From the NCBI GenBank assembly GCA_964371385.1, contig CAYJLY010000001.1, positions 8,488-72,487 of the forward strand: a stretch of DNA of 64,000 bases, given 5' to 3'. The notes under the pieces were generated by a model. The model worked only from the letters and a program-made list of their open reading frames with translations. It ran no database searches and was not told the origin of the DNA. Source of the DNA: an uncultured Rikenellaceae bacterium (GTDB lineage: Bacteria; Bacteroidota; Bacteroidia; Bacteroidales; Rikenellaceae). Below are positions 43,590 through 53,492 of the stretch, one piece after another. Positions within the stretch are counted from its first letter, which is position 1. Each line of letters begins with the position of its first letter. The translations under genes were made by a program, and so were the position numbers.

Positions 43590-46427
43590 ATGCAAGAGAA
43601 ATTTGAAGATCGTCACATTGGGATTACACCCCAGCAGATGGACGAAATGCTAAAAGTTATTGGAGTGAGTAGTGTTGAGGAGCTGATGGATCAGGTTATC
43701 CCATCGAACATTCGCACTAAAGGCCTTATGAACCTCACCCCAGCGATGAGCGAGTGGCAATTCACTAACCATATCACCGAGCTAGGCGCCAAAAATAAAA
43801 TCTACCGTTCGCTAATTGGTATGGGTTATTATGGCACTGCAACTCTGGCGGCAGTGATGCGTAATGTTTTTGAAAACCCAGCGTGGTACACATCCTACAC
43901 TCCCTACCAGGCAGAGATATCGCAGGGTCGCCTTGAGGCTCTTTTGAACTACCAAACTGCCATCACCTCTATCACGGGCATGGAACTTAGCAACTGTTCG
44001 CTGCTTGACGATGCAACGGCGGCGGCCGAGGCAATGTCTATGATGTTCTCTAGCCGCTCTCGCGCAGCCTCCAAAGAGGGGCGCAATGTGCTATTTGTGG
44101 ACGAGAACGTATTTCCTCAGGTGCTAGACCTGCTACTAACTCGCAGCGAGCCTCTTGGGATCGAACTTGCCATTGACAACTATGATGAGTATGAGTTCAC
44201 GGGCAAAGAGTTTGGAGCCGTGCTACAATACCCCGCTGCCGATGGTCTTGTGTGTGATTATAGCGATTTCACCGCTAAGTGCCACGAAAAAGAAATATTA
44301 GTTACGGCAGTTTGTGATATACTATCACTTGCGGTGCTGGAGGCTCCGGCGACTTGGGGTGCTGACATCGCGGTGGGATCGACCCAGCGTTTTGGTATTC
44401 CTATGGGCTTTGGAGGTCCAGCGGCTGGCTATCTTGCCTGCAAGGAGAGCTTCAAACGTGTGATGCCAGGTCGTATTATTGGCGTGTCGCTAGATCGCTT
44501 GGGTAACCCTGCGCTTCGTATGGCACTGCAAACTCGCGAGCAACACATCAAACGTGAGCGAGCAACCTCTAACATCTGTACAGCTAGCGCCCTAATGGCA
44601 ACCATGGCGGGTATGTATGCTATCTATCACGGAGCAGAGGGTCTAACTCGCATAGCTAACACAGCACACTGGGCAGCCAAAAATGTTGCAACAGCACTAA
44701 CTGCTATGGGCTTTAGCCTTAGCAACCAAAACTACTTCGACACTCTAGAGCTAGTGGTCGAGGATACCGAAAAACTAAAAGAGCTGTCGCTTGCCAAGAA
44801 AATCAACTTCGGCTATATTGATGGTGGAGTTCGCATTAGTTTTGATGAGCTTTCGACCCAAGAAGAAATCCAAACCGTGGTGTCTATCTTTAGCGAGCTC
44901 TCGGGTGTGAACTACAATCTTGGGATCTGCCCCATGGAGCAATACTCAGGGGTGATGAAACGCACAACGCCTTTCTTCCAAGAGGATATTTTCAATAAAT
45001 ATCGTAGCGAAACCAAGCTAATGCGCTATATCAAAAAGCTAGAATTGCGTGATATTTCGCTTGCTAATTCTATGATTTCGCTAGGTTCATGTACAATGAA
45101 ACTCAACTCAGCAGCCTCGATGATGCCTCTATCGTCGGCGCAGTGGGGAGCTATTCACCCCTTTGTACCAGCAGATCAACGCGAGGGTTACACTGAGCTT
45201 ATAGAGCTAATGGATGCTCAGGTGAGCGAGATGATGGGCTTTGCTCGCACTTCATTCCAGCCCAACTCGGGTGCAGCGGGCGAATATGCAGGTTTGATGG
45301 TGATGCGTGGCTACCTTATGGACAAGGGCGAGGGACACCGCAACGTGGTTCTTATCCCTGCCTCGGCTCACGGCACCAACCCAGCATCGGCTGCGATGGT
45401 GGGTCTGAAAATAATTGTTACAAAGTGTGACGAGAACGGAAATATCGACCTTGTGGACTGGAAAGAAAAAGCAGAACTCCACGCCAAAGATCTATTCGGG
45501 TGTATGATTACCTACCCATCGACTCATGGTATTTTCGAGAGCCGCATCACTGAGCTTTGTGATATTATCCACGCCAATGGTGGTCAGGTCTACTATGATG
45601 GTGCGAATATGAACGCAGCCGTTGGTTTGACCTCGCCTGGTGCGGTTGGTGCTGATGTGTGCCACTTGAATCTCCACAAAACTTTTGCTATGCCTCACGG
45701 AGGTGGTGGCCCTGGTGTTGGTTCGATCAGTGTGGCAGAGCACCTAGTGCCCTTCCTACCATCTCACCCTATTATTGAGGTGGGTGGCGAGCTTGGTATC
45801 ACAGCCGTTGCAGCTGCTCCCTATGGTAGCGCCATGTTGCTTCCAATTACCTATGGCTATGTGTGTATGATGGGTGCTGAAGGTTTGGCACGTGCCTCTA
45901 AAACAGCTATCGTTTCGGCAAACTACATGGCATCTGCTCTTAAAGGACAGATAGAGATCGTTTATTCTGGCGAGACTGGACGTGTGGGTCACGAGATGAT
46001 TTTGGACTACCGCCGTTTGCGTCAAGACCTCGGTGGTGTTGAGTGTGGCGATATTGCACGACGCTTGATGGACTATGGTTTCCATGCTCCTACCCTCTCG
46101 TTCCCCGTACACGACACACTTATGGTCGAGCCAACCGAGAGCGAGAGCAAAGACGAACTAGATCGTTTCATCTCTGCACTTCTTTCAATCAAAGCAGAGT
46201 GCGAGGCAAACATCACATCAGAGGATCACATCGTTAAAAATGCTCCCCACCCTGCATCAGAGGTATGTTCAGATAGTTGGTCGCACACCTACTCGCGTGA
46301 GAGCGCGGCTTACCCTCTGGAGTGGTCGCGTGAGTTTAAGTTCTGGCCCTATGTGAGCAAGGTGGACAATGGTTATGGCGATCGAAACCTAGTGTGTAAC
46401 TGCTCCACACTTGAGAGCTATTTGTAG
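43590..46427 (+). CDS. gcvP: Glycine dehydrogenase (decarboxylating), single-chain P-protein
   Basis: 945 aa with the PLP-lysine motif CHLNLHKTFAMPHGGGGPG. It starts only 26 nt after the CDF stop. Confidence 0.95.
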   Translation: MQEKFEDRHIGITPQQMDEMLKVIGVSSVEELMDQVIPSNIRTKGLMNLTPAMSEWQFTNHITELGAKNKIYRSLIGMGYYGTATLAAVMRNVFENPAWYTSYTPYQAEISQGRLEALLNYQTAITSITGMELSNCSLLDDATAAAEAMSMMFSSRSRAASKEGRNVLFVDENVFPQVLDLLLTRSEPLGIELAIDNYDEYEFTGKEFGAVLQYPAADGLVCDYSDFTAKCHEKEILVTAVCDILSLAVLEAPATWGADIAVGSTQRFGIPMGFGGPAAGYLACKESFKRVMPGRIIGVSLDRLGNPALRMALQTREQHIKRERATSNICTASALMATMAGMYAIYHGAEGLTRIANTAHWAAKNVATALTAMGFSLSNQNYFDTLELVVEDTEKLKELSLAKKINFGYIDGGVRISFDELSTQEEIQTVVSIFSELSGVNYNLGICPMEQYSGVMKRTTPFFQEDIFNKYRSETKLMRYIKKLELRDISLANSMISLGSCTMKLNSAASMMPLSSAQWGAIHPFVPADQREGYTELIELMDAQVSEMMGFARTSFQPNSGAAGEYAGLMVMRGYLMDKGEGHRNVVLIPASAHGTNPASAAMVGLKIIVTKCDENGNIDLVDWKEKAELHAKDLFGCMITYPSTHGIFESRITELCDIIHANGGQVYYDGANMNAAVGLTSPGAVGADVCHLNLHKTFAMPHGGGGPGVGSISVAEHLVPFLPSHPIIEVGGELGITAVAAAPYGSAMLLPITYGYVCMMGAEGLARASKTAIVSANYMASALKGQIEIVYSGETGRVGHEMILDYRRLRQDLGGVECGDIARRLMDYGFHAPTLSFPVHDTLMVEPTESESKDELDRFISALLSIKAECEANITSEDHIVKNAPHPASEVCSDSWSHTYSRESAAYPLEWSREFKFWPYVSKVDNGYGDRNLVCNCSTLESYL

Positions 46428-46458
46428 GTATAAAAATTGGTAAACAACAATTTTTGAT

Positions 46459-46466
46459 TACCTTTG
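46459..46466 (+). promoter_or_regulatory. Candidate -7 box for slyD
   Basis: tacctttg ends 70 nt before the slyD ATG. Confidence 0.4.
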
Positions 46467-46497
46467 ACGTTTAAGTATTAAAAACAAACATACAAAA

Positions 46498-46518
46498 GGA
46501 GGCTCTGCTTGAGCCTCC
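46498..46518 (+). other. 8-bp hairpin in the gcvP-slyD spacer, probably in the slyD 5' leader
   Basis: ggaggctc tgctt gagcctcc, 18 nt before the slyD ATG. The 5' arm is part of aaaaggagg. It is followed by an A-run on + (not terminator-like) and by a U-rich tract on -. Confidence 0.4.
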
Positions 46519-46536
46519 AATAAAAAAAACTAAAAA

Positions 46537-47091
46537 ATGAAAATTGCAGAAAAATCAAAAGTAGCTCTTAGCTACACACTTACTGTTGATGGCGAAGTTG
46601 CAGACTTCTCTCCAGAGGGACAACCACTTGAATTTATCACCTCTATGGGTATGCTTCTTCCTGCTTTCGAAGAGAATATCGCTGGAAAAGAGGCTGGCGA
46701 TAGCTTTGCTTTCACCCTTGACCCACAGAACGGTTACGGCGAGGTGAACCCAGAGGCTCTTGTTGAGCTTCCTAAGGATATCTTCATGGTTGACGGTCAA
46801 ATCGTTGAGGAGGCAACCAAAGTCGGTAACGTTCTTCCTATGGGCGATAGCATGGGCAACCGCATGATGGGTACCATCAAAGAGGTTGGCGAGGACACCA
46901 TCAAAATGGACTTCAACCACCCAATGGCTGGCAAAACTCTTAACTTCGAGGGAACTATCATCTCTGTTAGCGAGCCAACCGACCAAGAACTAGACATGCT
47001 AAGCAACCCAGGTGGCTGCGGATGTGGTTGTGGCGAAGGTGAAGGTGGCGACTGCTCTGAGGGTAGCTGTGGCGAGGGTTGCAACTGCTAA
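46537..47091 (+). CDS. slyD: FKBP-type peptidyl-prolyl cis-trans isomerase SlyD with a Cys/Gly-rich tail
   Basis: 184 aa with an FKBP domain containing an IF-insert (LEFITSMGMLLPAFEENIAGK, NHPMAGKTLNFEGTI). The C-terminal tail is GGCGCGCGEGEGGDCSEGSCGEGCNC. Confidence 0.9.
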   Translation: MKIAEKSKVALSYTLTVDGEVADFSPEGQPLEFITSMGMLLPAFEENIAGKEAGDSFAFTLDPQNGYGEVNPEALVELPKDIFMVDGQIVEEATKVGNVLPMGDSMGNRMMGTIKEVGEDTIKMDFNHPMAGKTLNFEGTIISVSEPTDQELDMLSNPGGCGCGCGEGEGGDCSEGSCGEGCNC

Positions 47092-47145
47092 GCCTCTAAC
47101 GAACAATAATCTTATGGCAAGTTTTTTGATGATAAGTTCAGTGAT

Positions 47146-48186
47146 ATGATTCTTAGAAAATTTGTCATAGTATGCTTTCTACTGCTTGTGGGGGTGCCGA
47201 GTGCACTCTCGCAAGCAGTAGATTATTTTAAGGGCTCAACGGTCTACCAAGCACTAGATCAAGCCCAAGCCTCTAACAAACTTCTTCTAGTGGAATTTTC
47301 CGCCCAGTGGAACTACAAATCTCGTTGGATGAGCGATATGATGAATCGTTCAAAAGAGGTGAGCGAGAAACTCAATCAAGATTTTATTGTTTTCAAAATA
47401 GAGACCAACACCACCCACGGCTCGTCGTTGGCGCAAACCTACTCTGTGAACGACTATCCATATATCTTGGTATTTGACCGCACGGGTCAGGTAATTGCTC
47501 GAACCATGAAAACCATGGAAGACAGGGAATTTCTAGATTTTTTGGAATCTTGCGAGCAAAGTCTCAGCGCTGATGCGCGTTGGAAAATGTCTCAGCTAAG
47601 CAAAGCGGCAGAGAGTTTGCAATGGGACACAGTGGACGAGGTTTTCCTAAGCATCACCCTTGCATACCTCGATGAGATTTTCAGCGAAGAGTTTTGGGTG
47701 ATTTTCAGCGATCGCAATGTAAATCGCTATGAGAGTGCAGTTTTTGAGTTTTTCCATGAAAACATTGAAAAGTTCAAAGGCTCCATCGACACTACAACCA
47801 CCCTTGAACTACATTACCAAATTTGCAAGGATAGGATGATGGAATACCTAATTAGCGATCGTGCCTATGATTCTCTGAGTGTGAAGAATCTCTACCAAAA
47901 AGCCATATCCCAAGACTATAAAAAACCACTTTTTGAGAGTCTTGATCAAATGATACTCAACAAATACTGTGGCGATATTGATAATTATCTTCTCGCCTAC
48001 ACCATCTCCCACGGAATGCTCCCTGAGGAAGAGGGTTTCAAGTTGGCTATATCGCTGGACTTTATTAGCGAGAGTGGCAGTAAAGAACAGAAAAAAGTGG
48101 CGCAAAGAATGCTCACAGAGCAAATTGCCAACACCAAGATTGGCTCCCAGAGAGAGATGCTAATGAATATTCGAAGCAAATTTTAG
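47146..48186 (+). CDS. Secreted thioredoxin-fold protein lacking the CxxC motif, with a helical C-terminal domain
   Basis: 346 aa with a signal peptide (VPSALSQA). It has a thioredoxin-like pattern (KLLLVEFSAQWNYKSRWM ... DYPYILVFDRTGQV), but WNYKS replaces WCxxC. Confidence 0.5.
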   Translation: MILRKFVIVCFLLLVGVPSALSQAVDYFKGSTVYQALDQAQASNKLLLVEFSAQWNYKSRWMSDMMNRSKEVSEKLNQDFIVFKIETNTTHGSSLAQTYSVNDYPYILVFDRTGQVIARTMKTMEDREFLDFLESCEQSLSADARWKMSQLSKAAESLQWDTVDEVFLSITLAYLDEIFSEEFWVIFSDRNVNRYESAVFEFFHENIEKFKGSIDTTTTLELHYQICKDRMMEYLISDRAYDSLSVKNLYQKAISQDYKKPLFESLDQMILNKYCGDIDNYLLAYTISHGMLPEEEGFKLAISLDFISESGSKEQKKVAQRMLTEQIANTKIGSQREMLMNIRSKF

Positions 48187-48227
48187 GGTTTCGCCCATTT
48201 GGTGAAAAATCTTCCCAGAAAAAGTAT

Positions 48228-48235
48228 TATCTTTG
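48228..48235 (+). promoter_or_regulatory. Candidate -7 box for pheT
   Basis: tatctttg ends 35 nt before the pheT ATG. Confidence 0.45.
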
Positions 48236-48270
48236 AGCCTTAATAACGTATTAATAAGGTAATATAAGAT

Positions 48271-50718
48271 ATGAAAATCTCTTACAACTGGTTAAAAAAA
48301 TATATTGCGTGCGAGCTAGAGCCCGCACAAATCTCTAAAATACTTACCGACATAGGACTTGAGGTCGAGGCTATCGAGGCCGTGGAGGCTGTGCGCGGCG
48401 GAATGCAGGGTTTGATCGTGGCTGAGGTTCTCACCTGCGAGAAACATCCCGATGCCGACAAACTATCTGTCACAACTGTTAATACGGGCGAGGAGGTCCT
48501 TCAGGTGGTGTGTGGTGCGCCTAATGTTGGGGCGGGTCAAAAAGTTGTACTTGCCACCGTTGGCTCTATGCTCTATCCCAGCGATGGAGGCGAGGGTTTT
48601 AAGATCAAAAAATCCAAGATTCGTGGTCAAGAATCACACGGCATGCTGTGTGCTGAAGATGAAATCGGTGTGGGTAAATCACACGATGGAATCATCGTAT
48701 TGCCAGCCGATGCCCCAGTTGGTGCTCCAGCAATAGAGATGTTCGACTTTGAGAATGACACTCTTTTTGAAATTGGTCTAACTCCAAACCGTGTTGATGC
48801 CGCCTCTCACTATGGTGTGGCAAGAGATTTAGCTGCCTACCTACAATCCAAAGGCGAGAACATTAATGCTCAGCTAGCCGATGTGAGCGAGTTTAAAGTC
48901 ACTAACAATGAGCGCCCCATAGAACTAGTTGTAGATTGCCCCGAGGGTGCTCCACGCTACATGGGTGTGACGGTGAGCGGACTTACCGTTAGCGAATCGC
49001 CCGAGTGGTTAAAACAAGCCCTCAACTCTATTGGCATTAATCCAAAAAATAATCTGGTTGATATAACTAACTACATTCTTCACGAATGCGGCCACCCACT
49101 CCACGCCTTTGATTTGGCGAAAGTGGCAGGTAATAAGATTGTTATTCGTCGTGCTCAGCAGGACGAACCGTTCAAGACCCTTGATGGTGTTGATCGCAAA
49201 CTTTCGAGCGAAGATCTGATGATCTGTGACAGCGAAAAACCTATGTGTATTGCAGGGGTTTTCGGCGGAGAGAATTCGGGAGTGAGCGAATCAACGACAG
49301 AGGTGTTTATCGAGAGCGCCTACTTCAACCCTGTTTCTATCCGCAAAAGCGCCAAACGCCACGGGCTATCGACCGATGCCTCTTTCCGTTTTGAGCGTGG
49401 AGCTGATCCTAATATTGCGCCTTACGCATTGATGCGTTGCGCGAGCTTGATGTGTGAATTGGCTGGAGGAAAAATCACCAGCGAGGTAATGGATTTCTAT
49501 CCAGAACCCCTCAAGCCTTTTGAGGTAGATTTTTCGGTGGAGAGAGCTTGTAAGTTGATAGGCAAGGAGCTCAGTGCAGAGACTATCGAGAGCATTTTGC
49601 ATGGTCTCGAAATTAAGATCACCTCGAAAAATGGTTCAAATTGGAGCCTTCAGGTACCCTCTTACCGAGTGGACGTTCAACGAGAGTGTGATGTGGTCGA
49701 AGATATTTTGCGTATCTATGGTTATAACAATATAGAAAATCCTAGCTCTATTCGCAGTTCTATCACCTACAGTGGAAAACTATCGATGGAAAAACTCGTC
49801 GGTAGGATCTCCGAAGTGCTAAGCTCTATGGGTGTTACTGAGATCATGAGTAATTCGCTCACTCGCTCATCATACTACCAGAACTCTGAGACCTACCCCC
49901 TAGAGCGCGCTGTGCGTATTATCAATCCACTGAGCTCAGATCTTGATGTGATGCGCCAAAGTCTGCTATTCAATGCACTCGAGGCAGTGCAGCTCAACCA
50001 AAGCCGTCGCGCAATGGATCTGTGTTTCTACGAGGTGGGCAAATGTTACTGGCGCGAAGGCGAAAGCGGACTCTCCTCATGCAAGGAACAACTCCAACTA
50101 GCACTGACCATCACAGGTAATGAGGCAGCTCAGAGCTGGAGAGCAGGCGAGGTTACATCGAATTTCTACACTCTTAAATCCCTCATCGAAAGACTCCTAG
50201 AACGCCTCGGTGTTTCAACCTTTGAGGGCACTTGGGAGCCCTGTGGCAATGACCTATTGGGCGAGGGTGCACAATATACACTGCGTGGGGAGAAACTCTT
50301 TGAAATTGGGCAAGTACGTGGTAAACTCGCTGGTGAGTTTGATGTAAAACAAGGGATGTACTACGCTGAGATAAATCTCGAAAAACTACTAAAAGTAGTA
50401 AGCACCGTATCGGTTAAGGTTCAGGAACTAAATAAATTCCAAGCCGTCAGACGCGATTTAGCTCTGCTGGTTGATCAAAATGTTAGCTTTGCTCAACTGC
50501 GTGCTGCCGCATGTAAGGCAGAAAAGAAATTACTTCGCAAAGTAACTCTTTTTGATGTGTACCAAGGCGACAAACTACCCGAGGGTAAAAAATCCTATGC
50601 AATGGGGTTTGTACTAGAGGACGCAAGCCGCACGCTCACTGACAATGACATAGAAAAATCTATGGACAATATCTCCAAAGCTATCGAAAAAGCAACTGGC
50701 GCAGAAGTCCGCAGCTAA
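48271..50718 (+). CDS. pheT: Phenylalanine--tRNA ligase beta subunit
   Basis: 815 aa starting MKISYNWLKKYI, with a tRNA-binding OB domain and B3/4, B5 and FDX-ACB domains in the canonical order. Confidence 0.95.
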   Translation: MKISYNWLKKYIACELEPAQISKILTDIGLEVEAIEAVEAVRGGMQGLIVAEVLTCEKHPDADKLSVTTVNTGEEVLQVVCGAPNVGAGQKVVLATVGSMLYPSDGGEGFKIKKSKIRGQESHGMLCAEDEIGVGKSHDGIIVLPADAPVGAPAIEMFDFENDTLFEIGLTPNRVDAASHYGVARDLAAYLQSKGENINAQLADVSEFKVTNNERPIELVVDCPEGAPRYMGVTVSGLTVSESPEWLKQALNSIGINPKNNLVDITNYILHECGHPLHAFDLAKVAGNKIVIRRAQQDEPFKTLDGVDRKLSSEDLMICDSEKPMCIAGVFGGENSGVSESTTEVFIESAYFNPVSIRKSAKRHGLSTDASFRFERGADPNIAPYALMRCASLMCELAGGKITSEVMDFYPEPLKPFEVDFSVERACKLIGKELSAETIESILHGLEIKITSKNGSNWSLQVPSYRVDVQRECDVVEDILRIYGYNNIENPSSIRSSITYSGKLSMEKLVGRISEVLSSMGVTEIMSNSLTRSSYYQNSETYPLERAVRIINPLSSDLDVMRQSLLFNALEAVQLNQSRRAMDLCFYEVGKCYWREGESGLSSCKEQLQLALTITGNEAAQSWRAGEVTSNFYTLKSLIERLLERLGVSTFEGTWEPCGNDLLGEGAQYTLRGEKLFEIGQVRGKLAGEFDVKQGMYYAEINLEKLLKVVSTVSVKVQELNKFQAVRRDLALLVDQNVSFAQLRAAACKAEKKLLRKVTLFDVYQGDKLPEGKKSYAMGFVLEDASRTLTDNDIEKSMDNISKAIEKATGAEVRS

Positions 50719-50735
50719 ATATTTATAACATAAGA

Positions 50736-50769
50736 AGAGAGATTCTTGAATAGAGGGATCTCTCTTTTT
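50736..50769 (+). terminator. Rho-independent terminator of pheT
   Basis: Stem agagagattc / gggatctctct (8 perfect outer bp) followed by tttt. Confidence 0.7.
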
Positions 50770-50833
50770 AGTATTCTGTATCTACTTCCCCACACTTAAT
50801 AATTAACTCTCAAACAACATTCTAATTTAAGTG

Positions 50834-53488
50834 ATGAAAAAAACACTACCCTTACTGTTTCTATCCTCTTCGCTTTTCTTGGCATCTTGTGGGGATAATA
50901 TAGCCTACAAAAACCCTGACCTTGCAATCGAAGAGAGGGTTGAAGATCTGGTTGGACGCATGACAACCGCTGAAAAAGCGGCACAACTCGATATGCTGCG
51001 TGCTCCACACGTACTGTTGGATTACGAAAACTTTGATTCTGCAAAGATCGCAAAATACGTGGATTCGATGATGATAGGATCTATCCATGATTTTTACCCA
51101 AAAAGTGCAACGCTTTCTAACAATCTCCAAAAGCGAGCAATAGAGAATTCTCGCCTTGGAATACCACTAATTTTTATAGAAGAAGCTCTACATGGTTACT
51201 CAGGACGCGGTTCTACCACTTTTCCTGTACCCATAGGTAATGCCTCGACTTGGGATACGATGATGCTCAAAGAGATGGGCCATGCTGTGGCTCGCGAAAC
51301 GCGTGCCCATGGCGTCCACTTTGTGTTGGCTCCTAACCTCGATCTAGCTCGTGAGATTCGCTGGGGAAGAGTCGAAGAGACTTTTGGAGAAGACCCCTAT
51401 CTGGCAGCTCGCATGGGTGTAAACCTTATAAAGGGTATGCAGGGCGATGACCTTAGCGCCGATGACGCTATCGCAGCCGAACCTAAGCACTTTGCCGTAC
51501 ACGGTATTCCCGAAAATGGCCATAACACCGCCCCTCCCTATATTGGTGAGCGCGAAGCTCGTGCCACTCACCTCTATGCCTTCGAAAAGGCTGTAAAAGA
51601 AGCTAATGCACGAGGTATTATGGCATCCTACAACGAGATTGACGGTGTGCCTGCTGCTGGTAGTCATTGGTTGTTGACCGATGTGCTGCGTGGTGAGTGG
51701 GATTTCGATGGTTTTGTGGTTTCTGACCTTGGAGCTATCGCCAAACAACTCAATACCCACAAGACTGTGGGAACCATAAAAGAGGCTGTGACTGCGTCGG
51801 TGAACGCTGGACTAAACATGCAATTCTATGATTTCTCATACGAAGATTTCCAAAATAGTATCCTAGAGGGCGTAGAAGATGGCACTATCAAAATGGAACA
51901 ACTAGATCGCATGGTGGCGGATGTACTGCGCGTGAAATTCGAACTTGGTTTGTTTGATAATCCATACACCGACACAACGCTTGTTGCCAAGCGCCATCGC
52001 TCACCTGAGAATCAAAAACTAGCCTACGATATGGCTCTTAGCTCTATTACTCTTCTGAAGAATGAGGATAACACTCTACCCTTCTCAAACGACGTAAAGA
52101 GCATTGCACTGGTTGGCAATCTTGCCAACGTATCGGCTCTTGGGGGTTACTCTCCAGCGGGAGCTGTTGGGGTTACTGTATTTGAGGCTCTTAGGAAACG
52201 CTTTGGGAACGATGTTAAGATTAATGTGGTTGAGGGCAACCTCTCAAGCGGATTTGCAAATCTTCCAGCAGGGGTTTTATTTGAAACTCCTAGCTCTAAG
52301 AAAAATGGACTTAAACTAGAGTTCTTCAACAACGAAAACCTCGAAGGTAAGCCTGCCTACACAACCACAACCACCGAACTTACCTCATATTGGCACAACC
52401 TATCACCAGCACCAGGAGTTGACACTGACCATTTCTCAGCTCGCTGGAGTGGCTATGTAAATGTTGCGGTAGCGGGAGAGTATGAATTTGCTCTGCGCGC
52501 CGAAGATTATGGACGACTATACATAAATGGTAAACTGCTGCTTGACAACTGGACAAAAGAGGATCACGACCGCCAAAAAACAGCTAAAGTGAATCTAAAA
52601 AAGGGCATGAACAGCTTTACAATGGAGTACGGCGAGGTTGAGCAGTTTGCGGGCATCGTTTGCCATTGGCGCTTGGTTGAGATGGATTCTCGTGCTACAA
52701 TTTTTGACGACATAACACGCGTAGCACGTGCTAGTGATGTTGTCATTGTGGTCACTGGTGAATCTATGGCCGAGGTTGGCGAGGGCAAAGACAAAGCGAA
52801 CCTTTCTATTTCGCCCTACTATCAGAAAGTGGTTGAGGCTGCAATCAAAGGTGGCAAGCCAACTGCTACGGTTCTAATGAATGGTCGTCCGTTGATTATC
52901 CCCGAATTGGAGGCAGTATCAACCGCTTTGGTTGAGGCTTGGTTCCCAGGAGAGAGCGGTGGAGATGCTATTTGCGACGTGCTCTTTGGTGATTACAACC
53001 CATCGGGACACCTTCCTATCTCCTTCCCTCGCAATCAGGATATGCTCCCTTCATACTATTCTCGCAAACCATCCTCACAACGCACCTATGTTGATGGCAA
53101 TGGCCAAGATGTGCTCTACGGATTTGGTCATGGTTTGAGCTATACAACTTTTGAATACTCGAATCTTACTATCGTTCAAAATGGCGATAATTATGAGGTT
53201 TCGCTGGATGTGAAAAACACAGGCAAAAGAGATGGCGCAGATGTGGTTCAGCTCTACTTGAACGATGTGGTCAGCAGTGTGACAACTCCTGTTATGGAGC
53301 TCAAAGGATTCTCTAAGGTATTCCTAAAGGCTGGCGAAACTAAACGAGTTTCTATGACTCTTGCTCCAGAGCATTTCTCGCTTGTGAACATAGATATGAG
53401 AAGAGTTGTTGAGCCAGGCGACTTTGAGGTCATGATAGGCCATTCATCTAAAGATATTGTTCTTAAAGACACTATTACCCTAAAATAA
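50834..53488 (+). CDS. Glycoside hydrolase family 3 beta-glucosidase with an inserted PA14 domain (lipoprotein)
   Basis: The ATG at 50834 lies one codon after the GTG in the ORF track. It has a lipobox (LFLASC), GH3 motifs (RLGIPLIF, KHFAVHG, nucleophile region GFVVSDLGA) and a PA14 insert at about 52310-52690 (FSARWSGYVNVAVAGEYEF ... GRLYINGKLLLDNW). Confidence 0.9.
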   Translation: MKKTLPLLFLSSSLFLASCGDNIAYKNPDLAIEERVEDLVGRMTTAEKAAQLDMLRAPHVLLDYENFDSAKIAKYVDSMMIGSIHDFYPKSATLSNNLQKRAIENSRLGIPLIFIEEALHGYSGRGSTTFPVPIGNASTWDTMMLKEMGHAVARETRAHGVHFVLAPNLDLAREIRWGRVEETFGEDPYLAARMGVNLIKGMQGDDLSADDAIAAEPKHFAVHGIPENGHNTAPPYIGEREARATHLYAFEKAVKEANARGIMASYNEIDGVPAAGSHWLLTDVLRGEWDFDGFVVSDLGAIAKQLNTHKTVGTIKEAVTASVNAGLNMQFYDFSYEDFQNSILEGVEDGTIKMEQLDRMVADVLRVKFELGLFDNPYTDTTLVAKRHRSPENQKLAYDMALSSITLLKNEDNTLPFSNDVKSIALVGNLANVSALGGYSPAGAVGVTVFEALRKRFGNDVKINVVEGNLSSGFANLPAGVLFETPSSKKNGLKLEFFNNENLEGKPAYTTTTTELTSYWHNLSPAPGVDTDHFSARWSGYVNVAVAGEYEFALRAEDYGRLYINGKLLLDNWTKEDHDRQKTAKVNLKKGMNSFTMEYGEVEQFAGIVCHWRLVEMDSRATIFDDITRVARASDVVIVVTGESMAEVGEGKDKANLSISPYYQKVVEAAIKGGKPTATVLMNGRPLIIPELEAVSTALVEAWFPGESGGDAICDVLFGDYNPSGHLPISFPRNQDMLPSYYSRKPSSQRTYVDGNGQDVLYGFGHGLSYTTFEYSNLTIVQNGDNYEVSLDVKNTGKRDGADVVQLYLNDVVSSVTTPVMELKGFSKVFLKAGETKRVSMTLAPEHFSLVNIDMRRVVEPGDFEVMIGHSSKDIVLKDTITLK

Positions 53489-53492
53489 TATT

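Noticed and set aside
45252-46237. A cluster of antisense and alternative-frame ORFs (64-118 aa) inside gcvP.
   Set aside because: They are embedded in a 945-aa gene with an intact PLP motif and show no independent signals.
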